From contig JAPOVT010000056.1 of NCBI GenBank assembly GCA_026708015.1, positions 164,134 to 228,133 on the forward strand: a stretch of 64,000 bases of DNA. Direction: 5' to 3'. The notes under the pieces are model-generated. The model saw only the letters and a program-made list of their open reading frames with translations, was not told where the DNA came from and made no database searches. Numbering within the stretch: the first letter of the stretch is position 1; each line of letters opens with the position of its first letter. The DNA comes from a bacterium. Lineage in GTDB: Bacteria > Actinomycetota > Acidimicrobiia > Acidimicrobiales > Bin134. Position numbers and translations under genes: made by a program. Shown here piece after piece: positions 29,261 to 37,097 of this stretch.

Positions 29261-29336
29261 TGCTGTCCTTTCAGTAATCGTTGCGCGGCCGCCTACCTTA
29301 TGTCCTCGTAGCAACGGCCATAGAAAGCAGAGGTCC

Positions 29337-30098
29337 ATGAGCGACACGATGGAAGGCAAGGTGGCACTGGTGACCGGTGGTGCCAGCGGGATCGGCCAAG
29401 AAGCCGCGGTGCTGTTTGCCCGGAGAGGGGCCAAGGTCGCGGTGGCCGACCGCAATGCGAAGGGTGGGGCCGAGACGGTAGCCCGGATCGAGGCCGAGGG
29501 AGGCCAAGGCCAGTTCTTTGCCACGGATGTAACCGACGAGGACCAAGTGGCTGCTTTGGTGGCATCGGTGGTGTCGGCGTTCGGCCAACTCGACTACGCC
29601 TTCAACAACGCGGGCATCACCCATCCCTCCCGGCTGTTCCACGAGCTCACGCTGGAGCAGTGGGATGAGATGATTGCCGTGAATCTGACCTCGGTGTTTC
29701 TGTGCATGAAACACGAGATCATCCAGATGCTGGCCCAAGGCGGCGGAGCAATCGTCAATACAGCGTCGGGAGCGGCCATTATTCCTGCGCCCGGCCAGCC
29801 CCACTACACCGCGGCCAAACGAGGAGTGCTGGGTTTGACCACCTACGCAGCCGATGAGCTCAATAACAAGGGCATTCGAGTCAATGCCATTTGCCCGGGC
29901 ATGATCGACACCCCGATGGTGGCTTCGTGGCGGGAGTCGAGCCCTGAGATGGCCGAGGCAGTCATCCAGATGATGCCCGGCGGACGTTTGGGGTTGCCGG
30001 AAGAAGTGGCTGAAGCCGCGGTGTGGCTGTGCAGCGACGAGGCACGCTGGGTGTCGGGCGACACCATGCTGGTTGATGGCGGGATGCTCAACCGCTAG
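29337..30098 (+). CDS. SDR-family oxidoreductase
   Basis: 'GKVALVTGGASGIGQ', 'NNAGI', 'YTAAKRGVLGLT', 'PGMIDTPM'. Confidence 0.85.
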   Translation: MSDTMEGKVALVTGGASGIGQEAAVLFARRGAKVAVADRNAKGGAETVARIEAEGGQGQFFATDVTDEDQVAALVASVVSAFGQLDYAFNNAGITHPSRLFHELTLEQWDEMIAVNLTSVFLCMKHEIIQMLAQGGGAIVNTASGAAIIPAPGQPHYTAAKRGVLGLTTYAADELNNKGIRVNAICPGMIDTPMVASWRESSPEMAEAVIQMMPGGRLGLPEEVAEAAVWLCSDEARWVSGDTMLVDGGMLNR

Positions 30099-30121
30099 CA
30101 GGCAGTGCGTAAGCTGCGATC

Positions 30122-30574
30122 ATGACGAAGACGGCGGTGGCCGCGGTGGAGGGGTTGTTTACGCTCGATGCTGATGAGCCTCGGTTGATCGGTGGGAGAG
30201 CTCGTAGCCGGGGCTCCTACTTCTTTCCCAAGTCTCTAGCGGGTTCTGATCCGGCTTGTTTGGGAGACGAGATCGACGAAGTGCTGCTTAGTCGCACCGG
30301 CCAGCTGTGGTCCTTCACCACCGGTGAATACGCCCCGCCCGCGCCCTATGTGATCCCCGGTGACGAGTTCGAGCCCTATGTAGTAGCCGCGGTGCGACTG
30401 GCCGAAGAGAACCTGGTGGTGCTGGGGCAGGTGGTGTCCGGTGTCTCAGTGGACGAGCTGTCGGTGGGAATGGAGATGGAGTTGGTGATCGACGTGCTCT
30501 ATTCCGACGATGAGCATGACTACTTGGTGTGGAAGTGGGCTCCGGTGGGGATGAACGAGAACGGAGAAGAGTGA
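30122..30574 (+). CDS. DUF35-type OB-fold protein lacking the Cys4 zinc ribbon
   Basis: 150 aa, placed directly in front of a thiolase-like gene (TGA/ATG overlap at 30572-30576). The OB part is present ('VAAVRLAEENLVVLGQV') but there is no CxxC...CxxC. Confidence 0.6.
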   Translation: MTKTAVAAVEGLFTLDADEPRLIGGRARSRGSYFFPKSLAGSDPACLGDEIDEVLLSRTGQLWSFTTGEYAPPAPYVIPGDEFEPYVVAAVRLAEENLVVLGQVVSGVSVDELSVGMEMELVIDVLYSDDEHDYLVWKWAPVGMNENGEE

Positions 30575-31761
30575 TGGACGAGATCGCCATTCTCGGGGTG
30601 GGCATGCACCCGTGGGGCAAGTGGGGCCGGAACTTTGTGGAGTACGGGGAGCAGGCCGCCCGTGACGCCCTTGCCGACGCCGAGGTGGGTTGGGACGAGG
30701 TCCAGTTCGTATCGGGGGCCAACAGCGTGCGCTGCGGCTATCCGGGCTACGTGTCGGCGTCTACCTTTGCCAACGCCCTGGGGTTCACCGGCTGCCAGTT
30801 GGCCAGTTCATACGCAGCGTGCGCCTCGGGGGCTACCGCGCTGAGCATCGCCCGGGCCCAGATCCTGTCGGGAGTGTGCGACGTGGCCTTGGTGGTGGGA
30901 GCCGAGTCCACCCCCAAGGGATTCTTCGCTCCTAACGCCGGGGAGCGCCACGAAGACCCCGACTGGCTCCGGTTCCACTTGGTGGGAGCCACCAACCCCA
31001 CATATTTCGCCCTCTATGCCCGGCGGCGCATGGAGCTGTACGGCGATACCTCCGAGGACTTCGCCGCGGTCAAGGTCAAGAACTCCCGCCACGGTGTGTT
31101 CAACCCCAATGCCCGCTACACCAAGGAATACGACGCCGCCGACATCGCCAACTCCCCGATGGTGGCCGATCCGCTGCGGCTGCTGGAGATCTGCGCCACC
31201 TCCGACGGGGGCGCCGCGCTAGTGGTGTCCAGCTTGGAATGGGCCGCCAGCCGGGGAGTGGACAATCCGGTGCGGGTCTCGGGTATCTCCACGGTGAGCC
31301 CCACCTACCCCAACAGCGTGATCGAGCTGCCCTATTTGGCGTCGGACTCATGGGCTGCGGCGGGCGACGAGACCATGACCTTCAAGGACAACATCGCGGC
31401 CCGGGCCTACGAGGAGGCCTCGGTGTCGCCCGATGACCTGGATTTTGCCGAGGTGTACGACCTGTCATCGGCCTATGAGCTCGACTGGTACGAGCACATA
31501 GGGCTGTGCGAGCGGGGCGACGCCGCCAAGCTCCTGCGAGCTGGCGACACTGCGCTGGGCGGCCGCATCCCGGTGAACCCGTCGGGCGGGCTGGGCGCCT
31601 TTGGGGAGGCGGTGCCCGCCCAGGCCATCGCCCAGGTGTGCGAAATGGTGTGGCAGCTTCGAGGCGAGGCCGGCCACCGACAGGTGGATGGGGCCAAAGT
31701 GGGCTTGTCCATCAACCACGGCATGTTCGGCCACGGCTCCTCGGTGATCTGTACCCGCTGA
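30574..31761 (+). CDS. thiolase-like protein (SCP-x / lipid-transfer-protein type)
   Basis: 'ILGVGMHPWGK', 'SYAACASGATAL', 'VNPSGGLGAFGEAVPAQ' where canonical thiolases have GHP. Confidence 0.8.
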   Translation: MDEIAILGVGMHPWGKWGRNFVEYGEQAARDALADAEVGWDEVQFVSGANSVRCGYPGYVSASTFANALGFTGCQLASSYAACASGATALSIARAQILSGVCDVALVVGAESTPKGFFAPNAGERHEDPDWLRFHLVGATNPTYFALYARRRMELYGDTSEDFAAVKVKNSRHGVFNPNARYTKEYDAADIANSPMVADPLRLLEICATSDGGAALVVSSLEWAASRGVDNPVRVSGISTVSPTYPNSVIELPYLASDSWAAAGDETMTFKDNIAARAYEEASVSPDDLDFAEVYDLSSAYELDWYEHIGLCERGDAAKLLRAGDTALGGRIPVNPSGGLGAFGEAVPAQAIAQVCEMVWQLRGEAGHRQVDGAKVGLSINHGMFGHGSSVICTR

Positions 31762-31782
31762 CTGACTTGCCCCGTTCTCGGT

Positions 31783-33033
31783 ATGGGGGAGTTCCTTCTC
31801 GCTAGAGTGCCCGCCATGGCACCACCTGATCTGCTCAGCTCCGACGAAGACCGCTACGACGTGTACCGGGTATACCGGGACGAATACCCCTGCTTTCACG
31901 ACGAGGCGTCCGACACGTGGTTCGTGAGCCGCTACGCCGATGTGGAGCACGTGTTCAAGAACCCGGAATTCAGCACCGACATGTACGAGTGGATGATTGA
32001 GCCGGCCCACGGACCGACCCTTCTGTCCAAGCACGGCGCCGAGCACTCCCGCTATCGCAATCTGGTGGCCCCCTTCTTCCGGGGGGCATTGTTGGAGGTC
32101 GACTTCATGCCCATGATCGAGGCCCAGGCAAAGTCCATGATCGACCAATGGATCGAAGATGGGAGCTGTGATCTGGTCGAGGGCCTGTCGAGGTACCTGC
32201 CTATCAAGGTGATCGTGGCCATGCTGGGCCTGCCCGATGAGGACCATCCGAAGTTCCAGGACTGGTATGAGTCGATCAATCGGTTCGTGTCCAACATCAA
32301 TCAGGACCCGGACATCATTGCCGAAGGGGAGCAGACTCGGGTGGAGTTCCAGGAGTACCTGATGCCGGTTATCGCCGAGCGGCGCCGCAATCCCGGCAAC
32401 GATCTGTTGTCGAACCTGGTCACTGCCGAGATCGACGGCAGCGGACTGTCTGACATTGAGGTCAAGTCGTTCACCAGCCTGTTGTTGACCGCCGGGGGAG
32501 AGACCACCGACAAGGCCATCGCCAGCCTCTTCAAGAACCTCCTGGAGCACCCCGACCAACTCGATCAGGTGCGCAATGACCGGTCCAAGGTGACTATGGC
32601 GGTGGCCGAAACCCTTCGCTACAGCCCGCCGGCCCACTGGATCCAGCGTCTGCCCCACGAGGAGGCCGAGCTTCCCTCGGGTACCGGCACCATTCCCGCC
32701 GGGGCCACCGTGACCGGCATTATCGGGGCGGCTAACCGGGACGAGCGCAAGTACACCCACACCGATCCCGAGCTGTTCGACATCAACCGCCTGGACCTAC
32801 CCGCATCCAGCGCCTTTGCCGCCAACGCCGAGCACACCACCTTCTGCTTCGGGCGCCACCACTGCGTGGGCTCGTATCTGGCCAAGGCTGAGATAGAGAC
32901 GGCGCTGAACATAGTGCTGGATTGCACTGAGAACCTCCGGTTGGCCGACGGTTTCGAGGCCAAAGAGGTAGGGGTGTTCCTCCGGGCCCCAGCCGAACTC
33001 CAGGTGGAATTTGATCCGGTAGGGGGCAGCTAG
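31783..33033 (+). CDS. cytochrome P450
   Basis: I-helix 'LLLTAGGETTDKAI', ExxR 'AETLRY', heme loop 'FCFGRHHCVGSYLA'. Start codon uncertain (31783 or ATG 31816). Confidence 0.9.
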   Translation: MGEFLLARVPAMAPPDLLSSDEDRYDVYRVYRDEYPCFHDEASDTWFVSRYADVEHVFKNPEFSTDMYEWMIEPAHGPTLLSKHGAEHSRYRNLVAPFFRGALLEVDFMPMIEAQAKSMIDQWIEDGSCDLVEGLSRYLPIKVIVAMLGLPDEDHPKFQDWYESINRFVSNINQDPDIIAEGEQTRVEFQEYLMPVIAERRRNPGNDLLSNLVTAEIDGSGLSDIEVKSFTSLLLTAGGETTDKAIASLFKNLLEHPDQLDQVRNDRSKVTMAVAETLRYSPPAHWIQRLPHEEAELPSGTGTIPAGATVTGIIGAANRDERKYTHTDPELFDINRLDLPASSAFAANAEHTTFCFGRHHCVGSYLAKAEIETALNIVLDCTENLRLADGFEAKEVGVFLRAPAELQVEFDPVGGS

Positions 33034-33126
33034 GTTCTGAGGCGATTGGTCCCGAAAAGCCGGATTTCCTACAATTTGGGCCTCAAGCGTTGGACCGATA
33101 GTGAATCGTCCGGAGAGGGGACAACT

Positions 33127-34317
33127 ATGAAACGCTCCTTGTGGAAGCTGCTGGCAGCACTGCTGGCGTTGACGTTGGTTGCTGCGGCATGCGGCAACGA
33201 TGATGACGACGTCGCGGATGAGCCGGCTCCGGCAGCCACGGAGGCGCCAGCCCCGGCGGCCACTGAAGCTCCGGCTCCGGCGGCTACTGAGGCACCAGCG
33301 CCAGAGCCCACCGAAGAGATGGCCCCCGAGCTGCCGAATATCAAGATCGGCTACCTCCAGTGGATTTACGCCGATGAGGCCGGTAAGCGCATCGAAGATG
33401 CGGCCAAGGAGGCGGTTGACTTCCTCGGTTGGGAATACGAGACCTGCGACGCCGCTGGCGACCCAGCCCAGATGCCTGTCTGTGGCAACCAGCTGCTTGA
33501 TGCCGACATCGACGTGATGCTCACCGACGGAATTCCCGAGGCGTTCATCACCGACGTGCTCGAGCGGGCCGCAGCAGAGGGCGTTCCAATCCTCTCTGCC
33601 GGTGGCGAGGTGGAGCCCCGCGACTTCTACATCGCAAGCTTCGCCTCTGATGACACTGACCTTGGAGTTCAGCTCGCCAACTATCTGGTTGAGCAGCTTC
33701 CTGACGGGGGCAACATCATCGTGCAGACGGTGCCCACCGCATGGAGCGATAAGCGCATTACCGGGCTTAACTCAGTTATCGAAGGGACCGGCATCACCGT
33801 GGTCGACCAGTGGGAAGGCGACTTTGCCAACCTGGTTGCTGGTACAGAGGCGGATGTGACCACCAAGTTGCAGCAGTTTGACGATGTCGACGCTGTTTGG
33901 ATCAACTTCTCGGTGGCCTCCATCGGTGCTGCGTCAGCCATTGGCGCTCTCTATCCCGACGGCGACGATCCGGACCGTCCGCTGCTGGTCACCTTCTACG
34001 CCAATCCAACAACGGTTAATGACATCCGGGATGGCCGGGTAGACGCCGCGGTGGATGAGAAACTGGAGTGGCAGAGCTGGGCCCAGGTGGATGCCGTCGC
34101 TCAGATGCTGGTATTCGGCGAAGATCCGAGCCAAGAGCGGGCCCCAACCTATGACGGCAGGAACTTCTCGGTCCGCCAGGTGGTCACCATCGACACGGTG
34201 AATGCCATGCCCGCTGACAGCACCGAGGTTCCCGCACCGGATCCGCCCGGTGACTACGAGGAGTACTTCCGCAACAAGTGGTGCAGTCAGTTCAGTGGGG
34301 TCGCGAACTGCGGCTAA
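33127..34317 (+). CDS. ABC sugar-type substrate-binding lipoprotein (periplasmic binding protein type 1)
   Basis: Signal and lipobox 'LLALTLVAAAC', Ala/Pro/Thr/Glu linker, then a PBP-like domain. Followed by an RbsC-like permease and an RbsA-like double ATPase. Confidence 0.7.
   Translation: MKRSLWKLLAALLALTLVAAACGNDDDDVADEPAPAATEAPAPAATEAPAPAATEAPAPEPTEEMAPELPNIKIGYLQWIYADEAGKRIEDAAKEAVDFLGWEYETCDAAGDPAQMPVCGNQLLDADIDVMLTDGIPEAFITDVLERAAAEGVPILSAGGEVEPRDFYIASFASDDTDLGVQLANYLVEQLPDGGNIIVQTVPTAWSDKRITGLNSVIEGTGITVVDQWEGDFANLVAGTEADVTTKLQQFDDVDAVWINFSVASIGAASAIGALYPDGDDPDRPLLVTFYANPTTVNDIRDGRVDAAVDEKLEWQSWAQVDAVAQMLVFGEDPSQERAPTYDGRNFSVRQVVTIDTVNAMPADSTEVPAPDPPGDYEEYFRNKWCSQFSGVANCG
33223..33318 (+). 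repeat. 24-nt coding tandem repeat (3 full plus 1 degenerate unit; PAPAATEA linker)
   Basis: Units ccggctccggcagccacggaggcg / ccagccccggcggccactgaagct / ccggctccggcggctactgaggca / ccagcgccagagcccaccgaagag. Confidence 0.75.
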
Positions 34318-34357
34318 GAGTCTGAACTTGCACTTCTAGGTGTAGGAAAATGCGTCC

Positions 34358-34395
34358 AATGGGCCGGTGGCAACGACGCTTGCCACCGGCCCATT
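34358..34395 (+). other. perfect 16-bp stem / 6-nt loop between the SBP and permease genes
   Basis: aatgggccggtggcaa-cgacgc-ttgccaccggcccatt. No U-tract follows, so it is not a canonical intrinsic terminator. Confidence 0.7.
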
Positions 34396-34444
34396 CGCGT
34401 ACAAGCTGCTACTTTGCCCGCAGGAGGTTCTAGCTGTGTCTGAA

Positions 34445-35449
34445 ATGGCAACTGCTCAGGCCCCGTCACCAGAGTCCGGTGGCAGGCGTCAGGATTTTGA
34501 CTTGCTCAAGGTCATCTCACGCTTTGGGGTGATCATCACGCTGCTGGCCAGCATCTTGATTTTCTCCATTCTCAACGATCGGTTCATTGAGATCAACGGG
34601 ATCCGAACCAGTCTCAATCTGGCCTCTCCATTGCTGATGCTGGCTCTAGGACTCACCGTGGTCTTGGCCATGGGCGATTTTGACTTGTCGGTCACCGGAA
34701 TACAGTCGGCGGCCGGGGCCATTGTCGTCATTCTCATTGTCAACCATGACTGGTCTTGGCTGCTCGCCGTATTCGTGGGATTGCTGTTTTGCTTGGTCGC
34801 GGGTTCAGTAAATGGCTTGCTTGTCTCATATGCAGGAATGCCTTCGTTCATCACTACGCTGGCAACCGGCCTGATATTGATTGGAACCAGATATGAGGCA
34901 TCTGATGGCCGCAATATCACCGGCGCGAAAGACCTGCCTGCCATCTACCGGGACTTCGGTGTCGGTAGGCCGGACCCATGGTTGGAGTTGCATACACCGG
35001 TATGGATAGCGGCAGGGCTGGCCATCCTCATGTGGCTCCTTATGTCCAGAACCGAGGCTGGTCGCTACATGTATGCCATCGGCGGCAATCCTGAGGCCGC
35101 GCGGTTGTCGGGCATAAACGTCAAGGCTCTACGAGCCTTGGGGTTTACCGCCGTTGGCTTCATGGCGTTATTCGCCGCAGTCACTTCAACGGCAAGAACT
35201 GCTTCATCGGTGGCAGACAGCGGCTTCTCAACACTTCTTGGCGCTTATGCCGCAGCATTCTTGGGAGCGGCAGCCTCAAAACGGACACTTTTCAATGTGC
35301 CGGGGACTGTGCTTGGTGTGATCTTCTTGCAGGCCGTCGACAGGGGATTGATCTTGGAGGGATACAGCACCGGTGTCCGTGATATTGCAAAGGGCTGCAT
35401 CCTGTTGTTGGCTATGGCCTTCACACGCATTGGCGCTTCCCGGCAATGA
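34445..35449 (+). CDS. ABC sugar transporter permease (RbsC/branched-chain type)
   Basis: Multi-TM protein. Start placed at ATG 34445, downstream of the hairpin. Its stop overlaps the ATPase start (ATGA 35446-35449). Confidence 0.8.
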   Translation: MATAQAPSPESGGRRQDFDLLKVISRFGVIITLLASILIFSILNDRFIEINGIRTSLNLASPLLMLALGLTVVLAMGDFDLSVTGIQSAAGAIVVILIVNHDWSWLLAVFVGLLFCLVAGSVNGLLVSYAGMPSFITTLATGLILIGTRYEASDGRNITGAKDLPAIYRDFGVGRPDPWLELHTPVWIAAGLAILMWLLMSRTEAGRYMYAIGGNPEAARLSGINVKALRALGFTAVGFMALFAAVTSTARTASSVADSGFSTLLGAYAAAFLGAAASKRTLFNVPGTVLGVIFLQAVDRGLILEGYSTGVRDIAKGCILLLAMAFTRIGASRQ

Positions 35450-36990
35450 CCGCAACAGCGCCGGCGGCCCTGGGGCCGCTGCTCGAAGTCACCGGCGTGA
35501 CCAAGCGTTATCCGGGAGTCCTTGCGGTGGACGATGTGTCCCTCTCATTGGAGACCGGCCAGATCATCGGGTTGGTAGGCAAGAACGGAGCGGGCAAGAG
35601 CACGCTGATCAAGATCATTGCCGGGGCCGAGCACGCCGACGAAGGCCATTTGCAACTGAATGGAGAGCCTCTCGAATTGCACCGACCCCACGATGCCGCC
35701 GACGCCGGGTTGGCCTTCGTCCACCAAGACTTGCAGGATGTCGGCGATCTGTCGGTGGCCGAGAACGTGATGCTGGGCTTGGGCTATCCCCGCAAGATGG
35801 GATTGTTCGTGGACTGGACCGAGTTGTACCGCCAGGCCGCCGAGCCCATTGCCCGGTTGGAAGCCGATATCGATCCCCGCGAGCCGGTGGGGGAATTGAG
35901 CGTGGCCAAGCAGAGGCTGGTGATGATCGCTCGCGGATTGGCCCAGCAAGCCCAGTTGTTGGTGCTGGACGAGCCCAGCGCCTCGCTGACTGACGAAGAG
36001 ATTGAGCATCTGTTCGCCGTAGTGCGGCGGCTGCGGGACGACGGCATCACCGTGGTTTACGTGTCGCATCGCCTGGAGGAGATCTTCGAACTCACAGAGC
36101 GGGTGATTGTGATGCGCAACGGGCAACTGGTGGCCGACGAGCCCACCGAGTCGCTGGATCGCTCATCGCTTATTGCCCACATCACCGGTCATGAGCACGC
36201 TCAAACAGCCGTTGAGCGGCGGGCCAGTCGGGGGGTTGGAGGACGTCCGGACGCCGAAGTGGTGCTAGAGGTGGATGGGGTTAGCGCCGATACAGGTGTG
36301 CATGGGTGCTCTTTCGACGTCCGCAAGGGAGAAATCCTGGGAGTGGGCGGGCTAATGGGCAGTGGTCGGACCGAGATGGTCCGGGCGGTGTTTGGCGCCG
36401 ATCACCGTCGGGATGGCTCGGTTCGAGTTCACGGCATTGAGGTCAGCGACAAGCACCCGTCAGAGTCCATGGCGGCCGGGTTGGCGCTGTTGCCAGAGGA
36501 CCGCAAGACCCAGGGCAACATCATGGATTTCAGCGTGCGCAACAACATCACGCTGGCTTCGTTGGATCGGCATCGGGTGCGGCCGCGTGTGCCGGCACCA
36601 CTAGGGCGGTCGGAAAAGCAAGCAGCAGACCGGCGGATTGGCCGCCTGAGCATTGCAACCCCCCACGACCGCCAATTGGTTCGCCTGCTGTCGGGCGGGA
36701 ACCAGCAGAAGGTAGTCATTGCCAAATGGTTGGAGCAGGGCGCCGATGTGCTGATCTTCGACGAGCCCACCATCGGTGTTGACGTGGACGGCAAAGAAGA
36801 GATCTACGACATCATGGAGGAGCTGGCAGTCGAAGGGAAGGCGGTGGTGTTCATCTCATCTGAGTTCTCCGAGTTGGTCGGCGTGTGCCATCGGGTGCTG
36901 GTGCTGCATGAGGGCCGCATTGTGGGCGAGCTTGAGGGTGATGCCGTCACCGAGCCGGCCATTGTGGAGATCTGCTACAGCCAGCACTGA
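35446..36990 (+). CDS. sugar ABC transporter ATP-binding protein (two NBDs, RbsA-like)
   Basis: Walker A 'GKNGAGKST', Walker B 'LLVLDEPSASL', second signature 'LSGGNQQKVVIAKWL', 'LIFDEPTIGVD'. Confidence 0.9.
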   Translation: MTATAPAALGPLLEVTGVTKRYPGVLAVDDVSLSLETGQIIGLVGKNGAGKSTLIKIIAGAEHADEGHLQLNGEPLELHRPHDAADAGLAFVHQDLQDVGDLSVAENVMLGLGYPRKMGLFVDWTELYRQAAEPIARLEADIDPREPVGELSVAKQRLVMIARGLAQQAQLLVLDEPSASLTDEEIEHLFAVVRRLRDDGITVVYVSHRLEEIFELTERVIVMRNGQLVADEPTESLDRSSLIAHITGHEHAQTAVERRASRGVGGRPDAEVVLEVDGVSADTGVHGCSFDVRKGEILGVGGLMGSGRTEMVRAVFGADHRRDGSVRVHGIEVSDKHPSESMAAGLALLPEDRKTQGNIMDFSVRNNITLASLDRHRVRPRVPAPLGRSEKQAADRRIGRLSIATPHDRQLVRLLSGGNQQKVVIAKWLEQGADVLIFDEPTIGVDVDGKEEIYDIMEELAVEGKAVVFISSEFSELVGVCHRVLVLHEGRIVGELEGDAVTEPAIVEICYSQH

Positions 36991-37097
36991 CCGCTTGTTT
37001 GCATCGCGGCGGTGTGGGATGTGTCGCTGGCGATCAGTACTGTGTTCGGCCACGGGCTCGGTTGAGTCGAGATGGATACTGACTGCTAGAGGCGGGT

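Noticed and set aside
28148-29336. Glycine riboswitch upstream of gcvP
   Set aside because: Only 15 nt separate gcvP from the preceding ORF. The next spacer is 76 bp, too short, and has no recognisable aptamer features.
31465-32760. 431-aa ORF on the minus strand
   Set aside because: It lies antisense to a P450 with all canonical motifs. The translation is Gly/Arg/His/Val-rich low-complexity sequence typical of the mirror frame in high-GC DNA.
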